DNA of 64,000 nucleotides from Giardia intestinalis (lineage: Eukaryota). Location: NCBI GenBank assembly GCA_000002435.2, contig CM018790.1; one strand, written 5' to 3'. Both the position numbers and the translations under genes were made by a program. A model generated the notes under the pieces. That model was not told the DNA's origin and did not search any database. It saw nothing but the letters and a program-made list of their open reading frames with translations. Below, piece by piece: positions 28,027 to 36,641 of the stretch (its first letter is position 1; each line of letters opens with the position of its first letter).

Positions 28027-28785
28027 TTAGTAGCGACGATTACCGGATGAGTGTCTTCCCGCATATCGATCGGATCCATAGCGATCCTCATCTCTGTGGT
28101 AGTCATCGCGGCGGCGACCGCCATAGCCATCATCATTGCGGCTATCGTAGCGATTGCTACTGCGATCCTGCAGCGCCCTGCGCGTATCATATGCACGATC
28201 GTACTCGTCCCACCCGCCGAACAAGGCATTTTGGTGACTTCGGTCGAAAAGCTCGCGCATGGGCATTTTGCTCATTCTGTCGTCGAAGTCCCGAGTGAAG
28301 GAGTCTACCTCGTGCTCCTTGACATCGTAGAGGTCGCGACTCACGTCTTCACGACCCGTTCTGATGTCCCGCTCACGCTTATTCGATATGTACTTGTCGC
28401 CTATTGCTCTCGTATGCGTTTCTACGTCCTTCCCGTTTGAGACTATGCGCTGCTTAACCTCCTTCACGCCCCCGGGGAGCATGCACATACTGGTGCTGCT
28501 GACATAGTGTGTGCCCTCGGGGTCGTGTCGCGCATCCTCGAACATCTTATCCATGTTTCCAAAAATGCTTCGAGTACTCCCAAAGAAATCGTTCATGTGA
28601 TCCATCATTCGCTGGAACGAGGCCATGGGATTGAAGCCAGCGAGGAAGCCAGGCGGATCTCTCTCATCACGTGCGTCGTCATAGCGTCGTTGCGGCCTCT
28701 CACCAGGCCTTGTAACCTCTTCTGGACGACGAACATTGTATCCGTCAGAGGAGTTAGCGTGCTCAATGTTTGGCGTTCTACTCAT
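28027..28785 (-). CDS. Myeloid leukemia factor (MLF)-like protein with R/D/Y-rich tail
   Basis: 'MASFQRMMDHMNDFFGS' matches MLF1 'SFQTMDQMVSNMRNYM'. 'LPGGVKEVKQRIVSNGKDVETHTRAIGDKYISNKRE' matches MLF1 '[38 protein letters not shown]'. The C-terminus is RD/RY-rich low complexity. 'aaaaaataaaaATG' precedes the start. Confidence 0.5.
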   Translation of the reverse strand: MSRTPNIEHANSSDGYNVRRPEEVTRPGERPQRRYDDARDERDPPGFLAGFNPMASFQRMMDHMNDFFGSTRSIFGNMDKMFEDARHDPEGTHYVSSTSMCMLPGGVKEVKQRIVSNGKDVETHTRAIGDKYISNKRERDIRTGREDVSRDLYDVKEHEVDSFTRDFDDRMSKMPMRELFDRSHQNALFGGWDEYDRAYDTRRALQDRSSNRYDSRNDDGYGGRRRDDYHRDEDRYGSDRYAGRHSSGNRRY

Positions 28786-29011
28786 TTTTATTTTTTGCGT
28801 TGCATCATGGTCATCATGATAGGTTAGTATAGTTGATTCGGAATTGATTTAGACCTTCGTAGCATCTACATACATGGCTACAATAAGACTTCCGCTTGTA
28901 AGTAAACGTATGTCAATCACAATCCTCAGCAACCATTCAGAATCAATTTGTCAATCAGACAAATCTTGGGGTATTTACTACTGGGCTACAGGCTTTCGTC
29001 ATCTTTAAGCT

Positions 29012-30589
29012 TCAATTCTTCTGTGGAGGTGCACAGCTTATTATGCTGTCGACCCTTAGTATCTGTTCTGCAGCCTCTGCCGCGTACAGAACTACGTGTT
29101 GCTTACACATGTAGCTCTCTGTGATCCCAGCATGTCTTACGTTCATGACTGTCCCTGTCCTCATGTCGAGACCAAAGTCTGTCTTTCCTGCGTTGTGGAG
29201 GGCCCTGAGCTTTGACACTAGCTCTTCCCCGTCATAGCCTCCATTGTTTGCAATGATCACAGGAATGCTCCGCAGGGCCTTAGCAAACGCCTCCATTGCG
29301 ATGGACACCTTCCCCTGAGTCTTCATGGCCGCCTTTTCAATAGCATTTGCCATCGCGGTCTCTGCACACCCTGCACCAAGGACCACACGAGAATCACGTG
29401 CAGCAGTCTGCGAGAGTACACAGAGTGCATCGTGGAGGGACCTCTCTGCTTCATCGAGAATGTGCATAGAAGCTCCCCTGAGAACGATGGTGGAGCACGT
29501 CTTCTTAAGGAGTCCAGAAAACTTGATGAGACGATCTTCCCCAATAAGGACTTCCTCAACGCTCTCACAAAAGCCTATCTTGACACTATTGGGGGTATCA
29601 AACGTCGAAACAATGTCTGCATTTAAGACCAAGGAGAGTCTGTCAACGCCGTCAAAGTCTGCGTGTTCAATGACCATGATACCCTTCTTGCTAAGGGCTT
29701 GCATGGGCACATCGTAAATAAGCTGTCTGTTGACAAATACATTGATGTCATGGGCTGCAATTTTATCACACTTGGCAATGATCCTTGCCTTTTCAGCTTC
29801 CTCAATCTCAGCAAGCTTTGTATGAGAATCCACGCGAACTCTGCTGCCCAGGATCTTAATCTTGTCAGAGTCCATGGGAGTGTTCGCAACGAGAACCCTT
29901 GCGTTGGATATCTCTTTGGGGCAAGAGAGACCGATGCGCTTGTCGAGGAGGAAGCCATCATCAACATATGAGTCCAGGAGAGTACCACCGGGCTTCTTGA
30001 TGATCTGGATGTTCTTGAGGTTTGTGTCACCCTCCATATTCAAAACACACTTAACAGCCATTTTGGCGAAGTGCTCCTGCACCGATGTCAGTATCTTAGA
30101 GCTAAGTGTTGTGCGTGCGATGTTAAGTAGGTCTGTGTGGAACGCCGCAGCGTCCTGCTTGTGGTCCACAGCAATAGACTCCAGAGCCTTCAAGGCGACA
30201 TCTGTGGCGGCTCGGAAGCCCTCGATGATGGTCATTGGGTGCATGCGCTTGGCAAGCAGCTGCTGGGCCTGGCGGAGAATCTCTCCGGCAAGGACGCAAA
30301 CAGAGGTCGTTCCGTCGCCAACCGTCTCGTCCTGGACGCGAGATATGTCAATGAGGACGCGTGCCGCAGGGTTGTCGACGACCACAGACTTCAGAATCGT
30401 GGCGCCGTCGTTTGTAATGTTCATCCCTCCAGAAACGCTCTGGAGGATCTTGTCCATCCCCTTGGGGCCCATGGTTGTCTTGACCATATCGCTGATTGCA
30501 ATAGCCCCGACCAAGGTTGACAGGCGTGCATCGTCTCCGCGCTCTTGAGAGCCTCCCTCCTTCAGTATGCGTGACGTCGCCTGTTCCAT
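29012..30589 (-). CDS. CCT2: T-complex protein 1 (CCT/TRiC) subunit beta
   Basis: Group II chaperonin signatures are present: 'GPKGMDKIL', 'NDGATILK' and 'VGDGTTSV'. The N-terminal '[29 protein letters not shown]' parallels CCT-beta '[29 protein letters not shown]'. Length is 525 aa. Confidence 0.85.
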   Translation of the reverse strand: [525 protein letters not shown]

Positions 30590-30820
30590 TCTTTTAGCAA
30601 TTTTTAAATTCCTTTCGTCGCTTTCTTCACCACTCGGTGTCTGCTGCCTCTGGATCCAGACCAGAGAGTGTCAGAGTTCAACGTGCTGGACCATGTCTCT
30701 ACCAGCTCCTGTGTTCCGACCTGGACTCAAGCCATCTTTATGTTGTGCCAAATGTCTCTGCAAAGGGTTTCATTTTCAATTAAATTATTCCAATTTGTAC
30801 TGTTCCACGAAAGATATAAC

Positions 30821-31360
30821 ATGCAAGGTACATCGCTGCCAGAGATTGCCGCGTCTTACTACGCAGAATACAAGACAAAGGTAGAGGCGCATGTCAACCT
30901 TACAATCAAATACAAACTGTACCGATGGCTTGGAGCAGCACTTCTGACTCTTCTGTTTCTCCTGAGGATCATAATCAGTCGCAAGTACTTTATGATCACC
31001 TACTTTCTTTATGTTTACATCCTCGTTGCCTTCGTCGCCTTCATCACCCCGTTCGAAGAGGCAGAAGGAGGGCTACCGATAAACGACACAGAGGACAAGG
31101 GTTATCGGCGTAACTTGCCAGAGTTTGACTTTTGGCGGAAGTACACCACTGCGCATCTCATAGCATTTTTCTCGTCTCTCTTTCCATTCATGGACATACC
31201 CGTCTTTGTCCCGGTTCTCGTCTTTTATGCAGCGATTTTAACTGTCTTCATGCTGTACAACGAACTCCAACGTGGTTTCATGCACCAGCTGTCTGTCAAA
31301 GAGACCATCGACAGGTGGTTCAACATGAAGAAGCCGTCTTACATTGCTGGGCACACGTAG
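30821..31360 (+). CDS. RER1: RER1 (retrieval receptor for ER membrane proteins)
   Basis: The four-TM layout and the motifs 'YRWLGAALLTLLFLLRI', 'RRNLPEFDFWRKYTTAHL' (RER1 'RRLPEFKFWH') and 'FMDIPVFVPVLVFYAAILTVFML' (RER1 'FNVPVFWPILVMYFIMLF') match RER1. I start at the internal ATG at 30821 ('MQGTSLPEIAASYY') rather than the upstream extension in the track. Confidence 0.7.
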   Translation: MQGTSLPEIAASYYAEYKTKVEAHVNLTIKYKLYRWLGAALLTLLFLLRIIISRKYFMITYFLYVYILVAFVAFITPFEEAEGGLPINDTEDKGYRRNLPEFDFWRKYTTAHLIAFFSSLFPFMDIPVFVPVLVFYAAILTVFMLYNELQRGFMHQLSVKETIDRWFNMKKPSYIAGHT

Positions 31361-31463
31361 TTCTTCTCATAGCGCTTCACGATCCTGTGCGACTGTGCAA
31401 AGTAAATTTTCAAACTGGCATCTATCTGACGACTGCTTCAGAGCATTAGTGGGGCGGAGGTCT

Positions 31464-33461
31464 ATGCATGACAAAGACAGTGCGGAGAATGACGGCTATC
31501 TGTGGATGAACGCCATAGCTAGCGGGCGCTTGGAGCTGGTCGAGGCGTCAATGACCGAGCGCACCTGTCCCATGCCCAGTGGACGCCCCGCCATTATCAG
31601 TGCCGCAGAGGCCGGCAACACCCCTCTCGTTGCACTTCTGTTGTCTCAGGAAAAAGACCTGTGCGACAATGCTGGAAGAACCGCGCTCATGCACGCAGCC
31701 ATTCACAATCATCTAACCACGGCAAAAGAGTTGTTGTCGTTAGCGGGAAGACAGACCAATGACGGCATTTCTGCGCTCATGTACGCTGCCTGGCGCGGCC
31801 ATCTCCAATTGGTTGAGCTCCTTGCGTGCTTCAAGAATGGCGTGGAGCTTGGGCTACAGCGTGCCAACGGCGAAACGGCTCTCATGACTGCCATCCGAAT
31901 GGGACACAAGAGCTGCGCCTTAGTTCTAATAAAGTCCGACAGGGAGCTCAACAAGCAAATGGCTGACGGAACGACAGCCCTGATGTTAGCGAAGACAAGA
32001 GACATAGCCATGCACCTTCTGTGTGAAGCCAATTTACTAAGAAAAGGCGGCCTTACTGCACTCATGACAGGGGCCATGCAAGATCTTGACGAAGTCGTCG
32101 AGTTTCTTGCTCCATATCTACGAGACAAACGATCTCATGAGGGATATACTGCTCTCATGCTGGCCGCTCGACATGGCAACGCGAAAAGCGTAAAGATCTT
32201 AATTAAAAAGACTGGCGAGTTGGGACTACAGGACAAACAGGGTAGATCAGCGCTAATGCTAGCCGCACACCACGGATCCAAGGACTGTGTAGAGCTCCTC
32301 CTTAAGGGGGAAGGCCACCTCGTTGACTATAAAAATCGCAGAGCCTCAGCCTATACCACGAATGATGATCTGAGGCTTCTGTTGGGACTATTCAACAGGG
32401 GGGATGTAGATACAGAGGGCCTAACGACTCTCATGCATGCAGCCAGGCTTACGCGCCCTGAGGTAGTTGAGCAGCTCATCAGCACACAACTAAAAGCACA
32501 GGATTCCATTGGACGCACAGCTCTTATGTACGCATGCCTTTGTGGGCATGAGAGTTCGGCAGAAATGGTCCCCGTAGTCTCTATGCTGTCTGCAGAAGCA
32601 GGATTATGTGACTCTCGTGGGCGTTCTGCGCTCTTCTACCTTATAGATAACCCCCACGTGCACGGCCTTACTGGAGAAGCAAGAGCCAATATCTCAAGCA
32701 TACTACTGCTCCTAAGCTCTGAGCTCTCGTTGGTTGGGCCAAAGGGATTAAGGCCTCTCGATTATGCAATCACGCAGGAGAAGTATGGGGTAGGGGCTCT
32801 CATCTATAACTCAGCTATGGCACTTCATACTGGAAATCTTGTCTCAATCCGGGCAATAATAGTATCAATGTTAAACACCCTTGCTTGCGGGGTAGATGAA
32901 GAATACGAGGATAGCCCTATGAGGGAAGACGCAAGGGCACTGACAGACTTTATATCTTCTTCCTTTTGTGACGACGGGCCCTTTCTTGCAGAAGAGCTTG
33001 CCGATCAGATGGAGAGCATATGCAGAGATACAGAGCTGCCAGGATGTTGCATATGCCTGGAGCAAGAAGCTGAGGAGGTTATGGTGCCTTGCGGACACTT
33101 GACCTGTTGTAAGAGCTGCTTATCGAAGGTTCATAAGGTATGTCCAGTTTGTAGAGCCCCTGTTCAAACTACAATTGCTCCTCTCTTTCGGGAAGAAACA
33201 CAGCATAGTAAGGATTTGGGTGAATCTAGGCGCATGCCGCCGCGGTCTACAGTCATGTCAACATTGTCGCTTATTGCCCAAGAACCTCACCTTCAGGGCT
33301 CAGAACCACTTTCTCGGACATCTTCCCCATCCAGCGTCAGTAGTACGCGCTATAACTTAACCACAGGCTCACAGAGTCTACGCCTAGAAGTGGACTCCGA
33401 GATGGAACTGTCCGACTCCACTACTCGTTCTGAGTCGCCCTCAGTCGGCTGGCCTGCGTGA
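31464..33461 (+). CDS. Ankyrin-repeat protein with C-terminal C3HC4 RING finger (MIB/IAP-type E3-like)
   Basis: The track start at 31344 is a TTG and overlaps the RER1 3' end, so I use the first in-frame ATG, at 31464. There are many TALMxAA repeats ('GRTALMHAAIHNHLTTAKELL'). The C-terminal RING is 'CCICLEQEAEEVMVPCGHLTCCKSCLSKVHKVCPVCRAPV'. Confidence 0.75.
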   Translation: MHDKDSAENDGYLWMNAIASGRLELVEASMTERTCPMPSGRPAIISAAEAGNTPLVALLLSQEKDLCDNAGRTALMHAAIHNHLTTAKELLSLAGRQTNDGISALMYAAWRGHLQLVELLACFKNGVELGLQRANGETALMTAIRMGHKSCALVLIKSDRELNKQMADGTTALMLAKTRDIAMHLLCEANLLRKGGLTALMTGAMQDLDEVVEFLAPYLRDKRSHEGYTALMLAARHGNAKSVKILIKKTGELGLQDKQGRSALMLAAHHGSKDCVELLLKGEGHLVDYKNRRASAYTTNDDLRLLLGLFNRGDVDTEGLTTLMHAARLTRPEVVEQLISTQLKAQDSIGRTALMYACLCGHESSAEMVPVVSMLSAEAGLCDSRGRSALFYLIDNPHVHGLTGEARANISSILLLLSSELSLVGPKGLRPLDYAITQEKYGVGALIYNSAMALHTGNLVSIRAIIVSMLNTLACGVDEEYEDSPMREDARALTDFISSSFCDDGPFLAEELADQMESICRDTELPGCCICLEQEAEEVMVPCGHLTCCKSCLSKVHKVCPVCRAPVQTTIAPLFREETQHSKDLGESRRMPPRSTVMSTLSLIAQEPHLQGSEPLSRTSSPSSVSSTRYNLTTGSQSLRLEVDSEMELSDSTTRSESPSVGWPA

Positions 33462-33570
33462 CTACAAGGTTTCAACTGACATTGCGTTTAAGATTATAGG
33501 TAAGCAGCAAAATTTGAGAAAGGCGCAAAATTTTCATTTTTTGGGAAGATTAAAATCAAATTGGCACGAG

Positions 33571-35691
33571 ATGTCGAGCATCGAGCTTCCCGAAGGCTAC
33601 CGCTTCCAGACGACTTTGGCGGCAGGAGAGTACAGCATGCTCTTCCTGGCCATGGGAAACGACTACCAGGAGGTCGCTATCAAGAGCTTTGATTGCACGC
33701 AGATGGACGATGCACAAGTCTCGGAAATTCACCGCCAGGCCCTACTCCTGAAGTCCGTTAACCATCCGCTGGTACTCAAGGTATATGACGTCCAGATGAA
33801 CATTACGCGCACGCGCCTGCACGTGATCATGGAGCCCTTCTTCAAGACGCTTCAGAACCTCATCGACGAGTGTGAGAAGGCAGATCGCTCGCTCCTCAAC
33901 AACATCGTCTGCCAGGTGGCCTACCAGGTCATCAAGGGGCTCCACTATCTCTCCACCACCAACCATGTCGCGGTCAACGAGCAGGGACAGGAGTTCTCGC
34001 AGGACAAGATCTTCCACTCGTTTATCACACCGAACGACATTGTGTTCAACACCTCCGGAGTTGTGAAGCTTATGAACATCTTCCCCCTGGAGCATAGGAT
34101 GCTCTATGAAAAGGGCGACGCCAGCTTCCCGGGGCTCGCCTATGCGTCGCCTGAGTTTCTCAACAGGGAATACACCGAGTGCCCTGCCGATGTGTGGTCT
34201 GCGGGCGCGTGCATTTTCGCCATGGCTATGCGCAGGCCCCCGTTCAACTCTACCAACGTGGAGTCCCTAAGGGTGGAGGTCGAAGAAGGAAAGAAGGATG
34301 GCCTCGATATCAGCTTCAGCCGCGAGCTTGATGACATGCTCCAGCGCATGATGACGCCGGACCAGGGCTACAGGCCCACTGCCGGCGATCTCCTCAACGA
34401 CCCCTCAATCACCGAGGCGGCGTACGAGATCGAAGCGGGCGGCCTGCAAAACCCGTGGATGGCAATCGGCTTCTCCAGGCCGATCTCTCAGGCAGTGGCC
34501 CCTGTGTCCAACGACTCCCCGGTCCTCGCCCTGGATCCGAACAATGTGTACCCGATTGCCTTCGATGACAACAACCCATGGGAGAGGTACTGGCTTAACG
34601 CTCCTCGTCCAGATGCGACAGTCGACGCAGCCTCCTACACCAGGGGCACTATCGGCGAGGAAGTGGTTGCAAGGGTCCCGACACCACCGCCCGAGATGGA
34701 TATGTATGCCACGATGGATGATGCCTACAAGGGTGCCAACGATGAGTCCGCCTACTACGCCCCTGATAGCTATTATGGCAGTGCCCCTGCAGAGAGCGTC
34801 ATGGACGTCGCGCAAGTTGTGCGGGTGGAGACGCCTCCTCCAGAGCCTGATGCCTATGCTGACGCGGGCGCTCAGGGCAATGACTATAAGGTGGACGATG
34901 AGGCAGCGGCCTACGCACTCACCAGCTACTACGGTGATGCGCCTGCGGACAGCATCATGCTTACCGATGATGAGGTAGTCCACAGGATTCCCACACCACT
35001 GCCAGAAGGGGTGGCAGAGGTAGTTGTAAAGAGGAGCGCACCAGCCCCGGTCCCAACCCCAGCCCCGCTCATGGAAACGGCACCTGAGTCCAAGACTGTC
35101 ACTGCTCTTATGAACGCGGTTCGAACGGGCAAAAACGATGTTGTGCAGAGGCTCGTCGGAGAGCACTCCGGAGACATCGGATGGAAGACGCCCAACGAGA
35201 AGAAGACCGCCCTCATGGTCGCTGCGGATCTTGGGAACGCCGAGGCTGTCGAGTTGCTGGCGCCATGTGAGTGTGGTGAGGTAGACTCGGATGGCTGGCG
35301 AGCGATCGATTACGCCGCCCAAAACGGTAATGTCAGGGCCGTCAACGCTCTTCTTCAGTACGAGGGAGACATGCCTATCGTGCGCAAGGACGGATGCACG
35401 CCGCTCTTCCAGGCGGTGTTCTGGAACAAGCCGGACTGTGTGAGGGCACTCGCTCCTAAGTACGCCGGCGCAACGACGACAAGCCACTACTGGCAGGGGG
35501 AGGGCTTTACGGCCCTCATGGAGGCGGCTAAGTGCTGCCGCGTCGAGTGCGTTGAGATTCTGGCGCCCTATGAAGCGAAGATGACGGACAAAAAGGGTCA
35601 TACAGCACTCTACCACTGTGAGCACGCGTGGGACCATATTCTCGATGACGCCAAGAAGGAGGAATGCATCAGGATCCTCGAGAGGGCCTAG
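33571..35691 (+). CDS. NEK-like pseudokinase with C-terminal ankyrin repeats
   Basis: The track start at 33514 is a TTG, so I use the first in-frame ATG, at 33571 ('MSSIELPEGY'), which has AT-rich sequence upstream. Kinase-like N-terminus: beta3 'VAIK' is present, but 'HSFITPNDIVFN' replaces HRDLKPxN with no catalytic Asp and there is no DFG; 'ASPEF' and 'DVWSAGACIF' are retained. The C-terminal ankyrin module is 'PLFQAVFWNKPDCVRALAP...HYWQGEGFTALMEAAKCCRVECVEIL'. Confidence 0.8.
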   Translation: MSSIELPEGYRFQTTLAAGEYSMLFLAMGNDYQEVAIKSFDCTQMDDAQVSEIHRQALLLKSVNHPLVLKVYDVQMNITRTRLHVIMEPFFKTLQNLIDECEKADRSLLNNIVCQVAYQVIKGLHYLSTTNHVAVNEQGQEFSQDKIFHSFITPNDIVFNTSGVVKLMNIFPLEHRMLYEKGDASFPGLAYASPEFLNREYTECPADVWSAGACIFAMAMRRPPFNSTNVESLRVEVEEGKKDGLDISFSRELDDMLQRMMTPDQGYRPTAGDLLNDPSITEAAYEIEAGGLQNPWMAIGFSRPISQAVAPVSNDSPVLALDPNNVYPIAFDDNNPWERYWLNAPRPDATVDAASYTRGTIGEEVVARVPTPPPEMDMYATMDDAYKGANDESAYYAPDSYYGSAPAESVMDVAQVVRVETPPPEPDAYADAGAQGNDYKVDDEAAAYALTSYYGDAPADSIMLTDDEVVHRIPTPLPEGVAEVVVKRSAPAPVPTPAPLMETAPESKTVTALMNAVRTGKNDVVQRLVGEHSGDIGWKTPNEKKTALMVAADLGNAEAVELLAPCECGEVDSDGWRAIDYAAQNGNVRAVNALLQYEGDMPIVRKDGCTPLFQAVFWNKPDCVRALAPKYAGATTTSHYWQGEGFTALMEAAKCCRVECVEILAPYEAKMTDKKGHTALYHCEHAWDHILDDAKKEECIRILERA

Positions 35692-35765
35692 GAGCTCTAG
35701 ACTCCCGGAGAGTAAAGCGCCTGCGTGGCTTTGTTAAAATTCACAAATTACAGAAAAAAGTGAGG

Positions 35766-36521
35766 ATGGACCCCATGGAGGTTGAGGTTATCCGTACGCC
35801 GTCCGACTCAGACATAGCTGGTTCCGGGGGGCCCGCGACTGCGGTGCCCATGAGCAGGGCCGCTCCAGCGCCCCAGGCCACAGGGGAAGATCCTCAGACG
35901 CTCCCGAGGCTGACCACGCTTGTCAACCCTGACGAAGGGGTGACGGAGCTCATGGTTGCTGCTCGCCGCGGAGACGAAGAGACCGTCATGGCACTCTTGG
36001 ACGAGCAGGCATGCCAGGTCGATGCACGAGGGCGTACAGCACTCATGTATGCCGCCGAGATGGGCAGATCATCCATTGTGGAGCTGCTTAAGGACCGCGA
36101 GGCAGGCATCCAGGACTCGTTTCTGTGGACGGCGCTCTTCTATGCGGCGCAAAACGGGCACCTCGTCTGCGTCTCCATGCTTGCACCTCTTGAAGCAAAG
36201 ATACAGCGCAAAGATGGCTGCACTGCCCTCTTCCTAGCAGTCTTTTGGAACCACATCGAGTGCGCCCGCATCCTCGCTCCTCTAGAGGCGGGGATCACAA
36301 CAAACTACAAACACTGGCAGGGCGGAGAGTACACGGCCCTCATGGAAGCAGCGAGGTGGGCCCGTTTGGAATGCATTGAACTTCTTGTCGAGCAGGAGCA
36401 CGGTATGAAGGACGCGTCTGGAAATAGGGCAATTGACTACGCCCGTGCTCCCTACGCACACGTCCCGGAAGATCGCAAAGAGCAGTCCATACAGCTTCTT
36501 GAGCAGTATGAGCGCGACTAG
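35766..36521 (+). CDS. Short ankyrin-repeat protein (kinase-less paralog of neighbouring NEK-ANK genes)
   Basis: The listed ORF ATG at 35664 overlaps the upstream gene. I prefer the internal ATG at 35766 ('MDPMEVEV'), which is preceded by 'acagaaaaaagtgagg'. It contains only the shared module: 'TALMYAAEMGRSSIVELL...ALFLAVFWNHIECARILAPLEA...KHWQGGEYTALMEAARWARLECIELL'. Confidence 0.7.
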   Translation: MDPMEVEVIRTPSDSDIAGSGGPATAVPMSRAAPAPQATGEDPQTLPRLTTLVNPDEGVTELMVAARRGDEETVMALLDEQACQVDARGRTALMYAAEMGRSSIVELLKDREAGIQDSFLWTALFYAAQNGHLVCVSMLAPLEAKIQRKDGCTALFLAVFWNHIECARILAPLEAGITTNYKHWQGGEYTALMEAARWARLECIELLVEQEHGMKDASGNRAIDYARAPYAHVPEDRKEQSIQLLEQYERD

Positions 36522-36641
36522 ATCGCTGCCGGCGCATTCTCTAGCATCCCCTGCCGCTGAGTGAACATCTGTGACCACAGTAAAGCGAATTTAAAATGGA
36601 ATTTGGGGTTTTTGGTCAAACCGCTTAAAGCGGGCAATAAA

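Noticed and set aside
30668-30820. N-terminal 51-aa extension of RER1 from the track ATG at 30668
   Set aside because: The extension ('MSEFNVLDHVSTSSCVPTWTQAIFMLCQMSLQ…') has no counterpart in RER1 family proteins and overlaps the CCT promoter region. The internal ATG at 30821 gives a 179-aa protein that aligns with RER1 from its first residues.
35116-35128. tRNA T-arm-like 'gcggttcgaacgg'
   Set aside because: It is embedded in frame in a well-supported coding region (…NAVRTGKN…), and no acceptor stem or anticodon arm can be built around it. No other tRNA-like GTTCGA/GTTCAA motifs were found in intergenic spacers.
35664-35765. Upstream ATG at 35664 for the short ankyrin gene, overlapping the preceding NEK gene by 28 bp
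   Set aside because: The first 34 codons lie within or immediately after the upstream gene's 3' end and lack an initiator context. The ATG at 35766 is preceded by an A-rich element and begins the conserved module.
31344-36641. ORF-track start codons at 31344, 33514 and 36561
   Set aside because: Checked against the sequence, these are TTG, TTG and GTG respectively. The ORF track evidently allows alternative initiators. For a eukaryotic nuclear gene I moved the starts to the first in-frame ATG, each of which has AT-rich sequence upstream (31464, 33571, 36642).
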